A DNA stretch of 63,503 bases, counting the filler, from Patellaria atrata CBS 101060 (lineage: Eukaryota): NCBI GenBank assembly GCA_010093705.1. It is 5 parts of 4 records of this genome, joined end to end, with 100 filler letters (N's around TTAATTAATTAA, not from the genome) between each part and the next. Parts side by side here need not be neighbours in the genome. Positions count along the whole stretch, not along the records: positions 18,655 to 44,769 come from MU006129.1; 4 more parts are not named here. One strand, given 5' to 3'. The notes beneath the pieces are model-generated. The model was not told where the DNA came from, did not search any database, and saw nothing but the letters and a program-made list of their open reading frames with translations. Shown in pieces: positions 20,514-31,142 of the stretch (positions within the stretch are counted from its first letter, which is position 1; each line of letters starts with the position of its first letter). The position numbers and the translations under genes are program-made.

Positions 20514-22925
20514 CCGTCGGTAAAAGAAAAGGCGAGGAGCACATCGCGGTTGCATTGCGAGGGCAATTCTTTGCCGCAGAACAAGTGCTAGCTGTTGCCG
20601 TGCGAAAGCCTGTTGCTGTAAAATGGCACGTTGCTGGAGCCCGGTTTCCCACTCGTTCCACGTTAATGGAGACGGCTGAGGGGGCGGCTGTACTATATAA
20701 TTCCGGTTGATGATGGGTCGGTTGGCCTTTCTGTATGGAATTACGGAGATCTCGGTGAACTCCCAGCGTGTCTTAAGGTGGGGTTTAGACATGAGATAGA
20801 CCATATACTCGCCGTAGATGACGGCGACGTAGTACTCGGCCGTAGCCCTTCTGCGACTGTCTGCTTTGGGGATGAGAATACCCTCGATGCCGGCACGGGC
20901 GAGTCGCGCGCAGACCGATTTCTTCCAGTCGCTGTACGCATACGTCATCCTTAGATGGCCCATCTGCGTGAGCATTGTGGTAGTCGGAGTGCTGATCCGT
21001 GCCGGCCGCGACCCCATGCCCGAGACAAGGTACAGCCGGCCCGGCTTCTTCAAGCGTGTCTTCAGCGCATTATTCGAAAGACCAGAAAGGCGGAATTTCA
21101 TTTGTAGCTTGGTCCACCGCGCCTGCTTGACCTTTTGCGGTTTAGCACCCACCCAGGAGATCAACTTGTCCATCGGACGACGATAGTTCCAGTCTTTCAA
21201 CGGTACCACGCCGTAGTCATGATATTTGAACCTCTGTATAGCCCACCGGTCGAGCTGATAAGGGCCGGAGGTGCGCTGGCTGGGCCACTTATCCCTGACC
21301 GTCTGGGCGGCTGCTCCAATCGTCAGAATCCAGCGACTGGTAGGTGGCTTGAAAGTCGAGCCGGAATTGATCACGAAGACGCCGTCACCAAGCACATTCC
21401 AGCGACCCTGGATGCGATCCCACTGGATAAAGAGCACAAAGCGGCGGTCGCCGGTTGTTCTGCCGCCGATTGGGGTGAGATACGTCCCGACTTGGGCTTT
21501 GCCGACTCTGCCAACGTAGACGACCTGGACGTTGCTTGTTCCGGCTGTGAGTCCAGGTGCGTGATAATAGAGACGCCCACGGTTGGTCTTGAGTGATATC
21601 TTGGCAATGCCACGTCTGGAATTGATGATACGGAAGTTGGACCATGGCCCGAAGGAAAACATGCGGGCGTTGATGATATGCGGGTGCGAATGCGTTACAA
21701 AGAGCATGTCAAACCGATCGATGTAATCGTCAAACGCGTCGACATACCGGCCCACCCATCTAGAAGGGCCCGCATTTGAAGTATAAACCGGTTGGCCGTT
21801 GGCCAGGGTGTCCGGGCACCGAGGAAGAATGCGGGATATCGGGTCCCGGGGATACCTACTCCCACCAACGCCGTTGATAGTAAACCACGATGGTCCGATT
21901 TTGCTGATGGCTGCTGTCTTCCGTGCGAGATCGCGAAACAGGTCCTTATAGGTTCGCACATCCCGGAAAGGGTCGATTTGAAGGCCGAAGCAGAGCATGA
22001 CGCTGTAGACAATGTCGACTGGGTGCCCGGACGTGCGCAGAAACATGCTCCTCCATATTCCGGCCGCACTTATCAGCCGGTTCGGGTGTATGGCGGTACG
22101 GAGCGCATGTCTTGGGACGTACTTCCTGGTGGGCGCAGCATAGAGGCCATCCAGAACCACGACATTACTATAGGGTGCACTGAAGTTATTGTCAGCCATG
22201 TCAAGAAGGTCCCTTAGACGGATGAGTCTTTTGTTCGGCTCCCCCGTTACGATCATCAGCGGATACCGGTTGCCAGCTGTGTCCCGAACACTGGTGGAGC
22301 CCGGCGGACCTGGCCAGAGCACGTAGACCCAGGTCTGTCGCCAGTTGACGAAAGACTCCTGGAGGGTCCACGCTCTATCCATCCATCCAGTAGGGGTGCC
22401 GACCGACTGTACCCGCGGAATGCCTCCAATCATGACTACCACGGATGCCGCGTTTTCGTAGATATCCCGCATAATACAGATCTGAAATGGGACCTCAGAG
22501 CCGCTGGCGGCTTTCTGGTCTATGCAGAGGAAGTCGAGCCAGATCCAGCCGGCGCCGAGCTGCGCGGCCGCATTTGCAATTTGCACGAGACCTACCCAGC
22601 TGATATCCTTGTAGTATGGGGGACTTTTGATCTTGATCCTTAGTCTCCGAATCATCATTCCACCTGTATAAGCGGCGGAGTCGACCTCAGCGCCGTATCC
22701 CCAAACGTGGGAAATAGCGATATAGGGCGGACTAATGGCCTGCAGGTCGCTAGAGAGAGTTTTACTAGGGAACCTGATGGATTTCCATTCATAGAGGTTG
22801 ACCTTGGGGTTCGACCTCAGGAGGTCTGCAACTTTGAAAGCTCGGAAAGCACCGTCTGTACGTCCACTTGGATAGACCCAAGTCCGTGGTGGTGTCTCCG
22901 ACTGAGAAGCCACGAATCGGACCAT
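20508..22925 (-). CDS. HET-domain protein with a long unrecognised basic/aromatic C-terminal region (about 805 aa, no intron needed)
   Basis: HET motifs PYIAISHVWG, WIWLDFLCIDQ, QICIMRDIYENAASVVV, WMDRAWTLQE. ATG at 22925. Confidence 0.9.
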   Translation of the reverse strand: MVRFVASQSETPPRTWVYPSGRTDGAFRAFKVADLLRSNPKVNLYEWKSIRFPSKTLSSDLQAISPPYIAISHVWGYGAEVDSAAYTGGMMIRRLRIKIKSPPYYKDISWVGLVQIANAAAQLGAGWIWLDFLCIDQKAASGSEVPFQICIMRDIYENAASVVVMIGGIPRVQSVGTPTGWMDRAWTLQESFVNWRQTWVYVLWPGPPGSTSVRDTAGNRYPLMIVTGEPNKRLIRLRDLLDMADNNFSAPYSNVVVLDGLYAAPTRKYVPRHALRTAIHPNRLISAAGIWRSMFLRTSGHPVDIVYSVMLCFGLQIDPFRDVRTYKDLFRDLARKTAAISKIGPSWFTINGVGGSRYPRDPISRILPRCPDTLANGQPVYTSNAGPSRWVGRYVDAFDDYIDRFDMLFVTHSHPHIINARMFSFGPWSNFRIINSRRGIAKISLKTNRGRLYYHAPGLTAGTSNVQVVYVGRVGKAQVGTYLTPIGGRTTGDRRFVLFIQWDRIQGRWNVLGDGVFVINSGSTFKPPTSRWILTIGAAAQTVRDKWPSQRTSGPYQLDRWAIQRFKYHDYGVVPLKDWNYRRPMDKLISWVGAKPQKVKQARWTKLQMKFRLSGLSNNALKTRLKKPGRLYLVSGMGSRPARISTPTTTMLTQMGHLRMTYAYSDWKKSVCARLARAGIEGILIPKADSRRRATAEYYVAVIYGEYMVYLMSKPHLKTRWEFTEISVIPYRKANRPIINRNYIVQPPPQPSPLTWNEWETGLQQRAILQQQAFARQQLALVLRQRIALAMQPRCAPRLFFYRRC

Positions 22926-24147
22926 ACTTTCCAACGGTGTCTCACAGTTCGGTTCGATCTAATAGTCAAAAGCGATACGCAAAATAAAGACACGATTGTT
23001 GTGAGACGAGAAGGATTGTGTGAACCTGAGTCGCATTGAAAGAGATACGAATGGAAGCGAGAAACGGACGCTCGACACTCTACTAGAACAGTGGTGTTAC
23101 GGCCAGCAACAACAGCTTCGTGGAAGAAGTCAACGATGGGCTCGTGATGGGCAAAGCGGTGGGAACCAGCAGTGCAGTTATGTACGAGGAAAGTATCTGT
23201 CCTGGCGGAGCCTCCGTATTAGATTATGAAAGGAAGTAATCCCTTTGGTCAGATAAGGGATGGGGGAGCAGAGGGAGCATAACAGAAAACAGGGTTTATA
23301 AGGGAAGGGGTACCTAAGGATACTCTTTCTTCATGTATTTGGAAACCTCCTGGTGCTTATATTAGTTTAGATTTGATTTGAATCTTAATTTTGACTGAAA
23401 GTTTGAAGTCTTTCAAGTTGCTATGACCCAAAGTGCAAAGGTCACCACGAATCCCTATCACAAACCGAGCCTTTAAGGATGTAATGAGAAACCTTGCAGG
23501 AACTAGACTTATCCAATTCCGTCTTAGCGAGAATAGACTCCACTCCTAAACCCCTTTAGCGGGTGCATGGGTAGTTAGAGGGACGCAAGCCACCCCTACT
23601 TTAGCCCATCGGTGGCTGGCAGGGTTCAGAGGACGTTATTTGACCTCTCGGAAAGCATTTTGGAAATAATAACCGAAAACACCGAGGACAAGACTGAGGG
23701 AGAAAAGTTGTGGCATTTTTCTTCAGAATAACGCAAGCTGAACATCCCCTGTTTGCTGACCTTATCGGGTCGAGGATAACAGGCTTAGAACCCAAAAGAG
23801 GAAATCCCCGCATCGACGCTGCTCTGCAGTAATATTGCAGTCTAATGACGCCTATCACCTTCAAGTCCCTGTTGATGCAGATATATTGTGTGACCTTTTT
23901 TTCTTTTCCCTTTAAAGAAAAGGCAACCAACGGGAAGAGTGAAAGAATTGGGAGTATGCCGTATATAAAGCATGTTCGTCCAAGGCCCGCTCCGGTGAAT
24001 AGCCCTTGCGGAAATTTCTGTCAGCAACACCCGGATAAGCTGAGAGCTCGCTGCTGGTACCTCCTGGTTTAAGAGACTTGAGGACATACCTGGTGGGAAT
24101 CAAACCGTTTGTAATTTTTTTTCTTTTTTGATATTCGAACAGCCACA

Positions 24148-25729
24148 ATGAATGCAGAAACGCTCCCTTTTGATAATCGTCTGTACCCTGCTTTAAAAGC
24201 GGTCTGGGTCAATATAGAGATACTTTTTAAATGTATGGTGCCATTCACCGGCCTGAAGGTCACGGCTTGCTCTCAAAGAAGTTGGCTGATGTATCGTGGC
24301 AAGACTACCCCTTTATACTCGTAATTCTTCCTGCGTTTTGGAGTGCTTCCACACTGAATCAACAACAATCTTTCGGGATCCTTTCTCTACTCGGCATTGT
24401 TTATTTTGGCAGTTTTTTGAGGCCAGTGAACCCTTCCACTCAAAGTGATGCTGGTACTGTTGCTACTACCCCCGATGGGCAAACCCTATTCACAGGCCTT
24501 CTCAATGCGCTTCAGGGACTGGCGGGACCTCTAGAAACCTGCGTGAAAGGTGAGTGACATTTTCTCGGGCGGACTCAGATCATGTCCCCAAAGTCACCTC
24601 TCCAAGGCTGCCGTTGCTGATTTAATCTGCAGTCAGTTTTCTCGTCGCTCTAGCCCTCAGCACCCCCTACAATAACCAACCCGCATCGGATTCCTTGATA
24701 TTCCAGCCTTGGACGTACGTCGTCCTCGCCATCGCACTTACCGTCATCGGAATCATCGCCCCGCCGCGAATATTTTCCGGCGCCGCGCGCTTTGCCTACT
24801 TGCAACACAACGCGGATTTCAGGCGGCACTACGAGTTACTTCTCACGGGTTGGGCATACTTTGCCTTCGCACTGCCCACCGCCTTTCCGGCCCTCTTCAC
24901 TTTCGTTTCGGTGGGCATCTTGTTCCTCAGCGTCCGGGCAGCCCTCGTGGTCCACCGCCACTACAGCACGATGGCCCGGGAAGTCGTCGATGCAGCAGCG
25001 GAGATTGCCGACAAGGCCCAAACGGGAGTCCAGCACGGTCGGGGGCGGTTACTTGTCGGCGAAGAATACGAGCGGCAGCTTCTCGGTATAGTAGCTGCCT
25101 CGCGGCGTGACGCCTTGGTTGCACTGTCGGTGCGAGCAACTGACTTCTTCGAGTGCGCGACGGCAGCGTGGGCCGCTATTGGGGTGGTGGTGACACCGGC
25201 CGAGGACGCGACCAAGAGGGCTCGCGATCTCGCTGATGCAGCCCAAGACGTGATCGATGTAGAGAAGCCCGAAGCAGATGAAGAGAAAATGGAGGAGCTT
25301 GCCCAATTTTTACTCCAGAGGGCGAACGACGCGGCTGCCGAGGGGGATGCCGTGCTGGGAAAGTTGCGCTCCGCACAGGAGGCTGTCCGGACGAGCCAGC
25401 GCGCCGAGGGTCAGGCGAGGACGGCGCGACAGGTTACTATGAAGAACGCGAGCGAGGCGGCCAAAGCTGCCAGTGATGTTGGCCAGAAATTGAAAGGGTG
25501 CTCGGAGCGGCTCTATCAGGCTACGCGGAATGCCGAAAAAGCAGTTCGGCTTGTGACCAGGGCTTCGGAGACGGCCGTTGAGGGTGATATTGACGCTGCA
25601 AAGGGCATTCTGGTGGCTGCGCGCGACGCCGCCAATGAGGTGGAGGCTGTAAGAGCTGTCATCAACTCCGCCGTAGATGGTAGCTATGTGATTTTGCTTG
25701 GCTTTTTGCAGAAGCTACCACTATCATAG
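24148..25729 (+). CDS. Multi-pass membrane protein with Ala-rich helical/coiled-coil C-terminus (paralog A); introns 24233-24303 and 24550-24632; about 475 aa
   Basis: Both GT-AG introns have branch motifs and restore one frame. Hydrophobic segments precede an Ala/Glu-rich helical tail. Homologous to the 29267-30514 gene. Confidence 0.8.
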
Positions 25730-25815
25730 GTGCGAGTTGAGAGAGATAATGTCGAACAAGTAAATATCCTGAGTGCTAAGATGATTGATTATGCTCTGAA
25801 TAATAGTGCATAGCG

Positions 25816-26580
25816 CTAATTACCGATCGCTTCTTCTTCTTCAGCGACTCTGATTTCGCTATCATCATCGTTTGGCTTTGAATCACTGCCCAAGGAGCGT
25901 ACTGACTTCCTCTTAGTCTTCCTCCTAGGGGATGATGAAGACATGCCTATTTTGACCGGTGTCTCTCTCGAACCCTTGCCTTCTACCAACCACGGACGTA
26001 CGTCCCGGTCAACGTATGCCTTGGAAATACCTATCCGCAGCGCTTCTCGGAGCCCTTCCTCCATCCGGAGAATGTATTCGTCCCAAGGCATACCGGGACT
26101 CGTATACTTATTACTTAAATAAACGAGAGCTGTTGCCGGCGTGCCTCTTGGCCACGATTCAGAATCCTGAAGAACAGAGGGTTGACGATGACGGCGATAC
26201 CGAACGATGTTGGCGACGTCCCTCCCCAGCAGGCTTGGCGGAGCCTGAAAGAGCTCAATCTCGACATCAACCTTCTGGTAAGCTGTCGGTACACCCTCAG
26301 CAAGGTCTAGCAACCCCTCGTCGGAGCCTACCAGGCGGTAGCACACCCCATCGACATAGGCAGTCGGGTCGGCGACGACATTGGCAAAGCCGCGCTCGTT
26401 GATCTGGAATCGGTGATTGCGTAGACGTGCGCGACCAATGAAGCGGCTCTGCGGGCAGCGCCGGGCCATCTGCGAGAAGGAGAGGTTGCTACCATATGCA
26501 AAGTAGAGTGCTTGTTTCTCATTTCCTCCTCTTTCCGCCCCTTCTGCTCGACGCTTTTGGCTAGACGGAAAGGAGAGCAT
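25816..26580 (-). CDS. Gamma-glutamyl cyclotransferase (GGCT/AIG2-like) protein
   Basis: YFAYGSNL, MARRCP, GFANVV, VDGVCYRL, LDLAEGV (candidate catalytic Glu). Confidence 0.9.
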   Translation of the reverse strand: MLSFPSSQKRRAEGAERGGNEKQALYFAYGSNLSFSQMARRCPQSRFIGRARLRNHRFQINERGFANVVADPTAYVDGVCYRLVGSDEGLLDLAEGVPTAYQKVDVEIELFQAPPSLLGRDVANIVRYRRHRQPSVLQDSESWPRGTPATALVYLSNKYTSPGMPWDEYILRMEEGLREALRIGISKAYVDRDVRPWLVEGKGSRETPVKIGMSSSSPRRKTKRKSVRSLGSDSKPNDDDSEIRVAEEEEAIGN

Positions 26581-27306
26581 TGTGCGGGTTCCAAAGTGGT
26601 AAAAACAAGGGAGTTTGAAAGCGCACTTACGCCACGTTATCGGAGAAACAATCTGGAGATAAATGTCAGCACGTACGTACGGCTAATTGATACTTCATCG
26701 TCGTCCCGATCCGGCGATTGTCGATCATGCATCTCCTGGTGGTGCATTATACAGTAGTCGCATGCAGTAAGCCTGCATTTTCGCGATGCTACAGCACATA
26801 ACGTACGTGTACCATTCCGGCGCCGGTATGGACACTATACATACAGTAGTCAAACGTGCTCTCAACCCATTGGGCAACAAGTTTATTAGAACACGAGCAG
26901 CCAGCTTCGCGTACATTCAGCTCCAAGACGTCTGCAAACCTCCTTGTCGAGCAGCGGGAAGCAGTGCTAGCACAAGCCTAGTGCTTATGCGTGGAGCAGT
27001 TGGATTAAGGGTTGAAGCTCACAGTTCGAAACAGCCTGCCCTTCTTTCAACACAAAAAAATTTTGAGCCATACAAGCAATATTTTGAGGTTCAAATTTTC
27101 ATATCAGTATTTCTCATGTTAAGAGGGTTTCTAAAGTGCTCTTTGAATGTTGGTATACCTCAATTTCGGTCTTATAATTAGTTTAGAGAACAAAACGGCT
27201 TTTTCTACGTCTGCACGATTGATGATTCTAACTCTTGAACAATAGATCCTATTCTACCACTGGGCGCCTCTTCGTTGCCGCTACTGTAGATATCTGCAAA
27301 ATTACG

Positions 27307-28324
27307 ATGGCCCCTAAATTGGGCTTTGGCTGTGAATTGGAGATGTCGGCGGAGCCTAGAGTGTGGAAAAATCTATCAAGAGCGGAAAAGATTAAGAGAC
27401 TCGTACGAGAGCTCCGAAATCACCATCTCAGCGCTAAACCACTCAGTGGCTCACCCTCGAAGTACGACCGGTGGTGGATCACTGACGACGTGTCGATCAG
27501 TCTGGCCAATTTGAGTCCATATGCCAGTATGTCGAGGTTCCCTAGACGAGTCTGAAAGTTTTACTGATGTCACCAAAACCAGTCAGAATGGAATGCGTAT
27601 CACCCGTTACAAAATTTGATAGTAACTGGCAGGACGACATGCAGGAATTCTGGAGCGTACTGACTGGAGCATTCAAGGTAACACGCAACGACAGCTGCGG
27701 AACTCATGTCCACATCGCGCCATGGAAGAAAAATTTTACTATCAAACAGGCGCAGACCGTCGCCTTCGCGTGTTGCTTATATGAGCCCTATGTTGTATCG
27801 TGCCTGCCGGATAATCGGCGCACTAGCCGTTACTGCCAGCGAAACTCTCGAGTCGAAGGTCTCTTGCTGAAGACTTTGTTCGAGAGAAAGTCCATGTCAA
27901 AGATTGCGGCCGCCATCAAGAGAAAGAAAGATTTCAAGAAGCTTAGAGACTTCATGCAAGGTGACAACCGGTACGTCCTGTGGAACTTTAAAAACCTCCC
28001 CAACAAGCGAAAAAGCACGATTGAGTTCCGCGGCGGTCAGCACGCGCAGGATGCAGATAAGGCGGAATGCTGGATCACTTTTGCGGTCGTCTTTGTTATG
28101 ATGGCTCTCAAAGAGGTAAGTCAACGCATGATATCTATCCTATCCCGACTGACGAGGACTAGAACCTGCTGTTCTCGAGATCAACTTATAGGATGGCTGA
28201 TAACGATAGTTATGACGAGGTGCAGCGGTTTTGGAAGAGGTTTACGGATTTCGCCAGGACCCTAGACGTGGGCGATCATTTTCCATTCGTGTTTAAGAAG
28301 ATGAGCGAGAGGTGGCGGGAGTGA
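27307..28324 (+). CDS. Putative amidoligase (Amidoligase_2, COOH-NH2 ligase fold); introns 27527-27582 and 28116-28162; about 304 aa
   Basis: FGCELE, WWITDDVSI, MECVSP, SCGTHVH, RYVLWNF, STIEFR. Splicing of the two canonical introns gives an open frame. Confidence 0.9.
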
Positions 28325-28484
28325 CCACAGGAAAGAGACGAGGCAACATGAAATGTACAGAGGTGCTCCCAGGGGTTACGTATACAAGTCTTCGTAAATG
28401 CAGTTTTCAGGTCAATTACTCACCTAGTTAAGACTAAGATTGTGAGCAAAGCACTACTTGAGCTGCCTATTCTTCCAACACTTC

Positions 28485-28950
28485 CTTAAAAGGGAGGTTT
28501 AAATCCATATACCTAGCGGGCATAGCCAGCTTTATACATGACGTTTTTTCAAGAGCTCTACTGACATCCATAACAAACGAGAGTAATTTCCATCCAGGAT
28601 ATCCGTTCATGGCTCCTTCTAGTGGTAATCTCAATTCCGGATAGTGATACGCACGATCTTATTCTTCTGAGCCTGAGTAAGCAGCTCAAGCCTTCTTCGG
28701 CCAGGTTCATTTTGTAGAGGGTAGGGCCCGTAGTAGGTAGAGCTCTGCCTAATTCTGTACCCTCTACATAGGTCTTTGATATGGTGCCCTGGTTTACGTT
28801 GAAGGTATCTGCTGTTAAACCCCGTAAGGCTTTCCGTTATATAACTTCGCTAATTAAGCAAAGCGCTCTACCACGGATAAATCTTTTCTATTTGTCTTGT
28901 TTGGACGTAACTTTCCTCTTCTTGTATTTCCTGTACTTTTGGTCATCAAT
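28485..28950 (-). mobile_element. Degenerate Tc1/mariner transposase N-terminal (HTH) relic
   Basis: Broken frames give RKDLSVVER...FNVNQGTISK...PGRRRLELLT...VMYKAGYAR*VYGFKPP. Confidence 0.5.
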
Positions 28951-29266
28951 TTGAATTACTATATAGTGATTTTTGGGCTTAGTAGTCGTATAGTCACGGC
29001 ATGTAGAAAGAGTAGTATTGATGTTGACAGGTGACGAAAGGTCAGCCATTCCTCACTGGATACTTATCCCCGTACCGGTGCTGAACATGTTTGTAAACAA
29101 AGGGAAAGAGTGTGCATTACATGCCAGGTTTTAGGGTTACCAAGGTCACCGTTAAAATTTTACTTAAATAATCTTCCATTTTCTCCTTCACCTGAACACA
29201 ATTTCACAATCCAAAATACATCAAAAGTGTCAAGCGTAAGTCTCTTATCATCTCTACCCAGGGTCA

Positions 29267-30514
29267 TCATCCCAGGTGAGTTTTCCATAGCGCCTCGCGC
29301 ACCCTCTGCTTGGCGGACAGAAGACGGGCTTCCGCATCGACAGTCTTTCTAGCTTCCTTGCCTGCGTCTGCTACCTGGGCGGAGGCGGCGGCGAAGTCCC
29401 CTCCTTCGGCGAACAGCTTTGCCTGGTCGGCAATCCATTTCACCTTCTCATATCCATGGGCAACCACGGCCGCATCGGCAGGCATACTGTGGACAAGGGT
29501 TACTAGATCTCTGACGTTCTTTGTGACATTCTGAGCGTTCAGCACCTCATCTGACCGGCCCTTAAGATACAGCTTCGTGGCATCCTGTGACCTTTGCACT
29601 TGGGCCTGTGCTTCCCTGGCATGATTGACTATCTGCTCGGAAATGTTAAGAGCGGACTGAGCTGCTACGGTGAGCATGTCCGCTGTGGAGCTGCCATTGT
29701 CGTCTTCATTAAGATCAGCATCCTGGCATGCTTCTGCTTCTTCCACCATCTTCTTGGCCGCCTGTCTTGCACTCTCCAAGGGCTGTGTAATCTGCCCAAG
29801 AGAGGACCACGAGGTAGCAGCTACGTCAAAGAAGTCGATGGCTTTGAGGGAATCCATCAACCTTGAGTCCCGTCGGGCTGTTGACGCTATAGCTAGGGCT
29901 TGTTTTTCGAATTCATTGGCTTCTTCCATGTGTTTACTGGCTGACTGGGCAGCCAGGGCGGCGCGGTAGCAATACTCTTCCGCTTTTTTGGTGATATTGC
30001 GGGCTCCTTCACGATATCTAAAGAGAATGTACTGCCACGCCACTGGTAGCACCGCAATTGACCAAATACGAAGCATGGGAAAGAAGATCAAAGAGATCAC
30101 AATCCCGTTCATCGACCAACCGGGGAGGTGCTGACTCAACGATTGCATCCATTGGTTGCCCTCGAGGTAAGCCCATCGGATCGGCCCCGACGAGTTGCGC
30201 GTTGAGGAGATGAAGCCGACAACCGTCAGTGAAGTAAGCAACGCAACTACAGACCAGAGCTCAGGAGGGTATTGGGACATGGAGCCAGCGCCCCAGCCAA
30301 ACCAGCCGTTCCATCCCCCAATGAAAGGGAGTAAGGGAAGAAGAAAGTCTAACAAGGTTCTATGTGAGATAGAGGATAAAGAGAAGGATCATTCGTAAGA
30401 CTCACATTGATGTTGCTCCAAGAAGCGAAATATGCTCTGTGTAGCCGAGAGAGCGTCTAGAAATGTCGGAGGAGTTGGCTGCGCCGTGGTAGGGGGAACA
30501 GCACCAGAGGCCAT
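29267..30514 (-). CDS. Multi-pass membrane protein with Ala-rich helical C-terminus (paralog B); intron 30349-30405; about 396 aa
   Basis: ACCATGG start and a GTGAGT...CTCAC...TAG intron. EFEKQALAIASTARRDSRLMDSLKAIDFFDVAATSWSSLG aligns with paralog A EYERQLLGIVAASRRDALVALSVRATDFFECATAAWAAIG. Confidence 0.8.
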
Positions 30515-31142
30515 GGTCTCCTTTTTCGATAGTTGTTGCACTTAACAGAATCGTAGTTGGTATTTTTGCGAGAGACACTTGTAATATATTAAAACGCTGA
30601 AGGCTACTTTCGTCGCTCTCATCCAAACCATTCAGGATGTGGTAAACTTGGACGCCAGGGTTATGCTATTCTACATCCCCATGCATTATCTAAATCGCTC
30701 ACTGAGGCTATCTTAGGCTAGCACCAAGTCTATTGCATGCTGAACGATGTGAACACGGGGGCCTTTCCCTGGTTAGTACAGATAATAGTAACGGAGAAGT
30801 ATTAGGTTACTGCAGGTCAGCTCATGTATGTCGTGTAACAAGGAGCTAGAGTAGTTTTGAAATATTGGTGTTCGGGTACTTGGTGCCGTCTGGTATCAGC
30901 TAGCCACTGTCATAGCTCAACATCAGTTGAAAGCTGAAAGGTATATTGCCATATGTACATGAAGCTTAAACTTAAGAAAAGAAAATGTTGAGACAGCCCC
31001 TAACTATGCTGTTCTACTAAAGTACAGTATGACTAAGCCGCTGAATCATCCAAGGCACTTAGTTATACCTATCGGGTCTAACCCGTGACAGTGGTTTCGA
31101 AATGGGATAAATCAAAGAGCCCGGAGGGGGAAAAGCCATGGT

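Noticed and set aside
23020..24148. Short ORFs between the HET gene and paralog A
   Set aside because: No motifs, overlapping on both strands; more likely a divergent promoter region.
30402..30626. ORF MDESDESS... as exon 1 of paralog B
   Set aside because: It starts at TTG. The ATG at 30514 in another frame has a good start context, a better branch-to-acceptor spacing and the same intron phase as paralog A.
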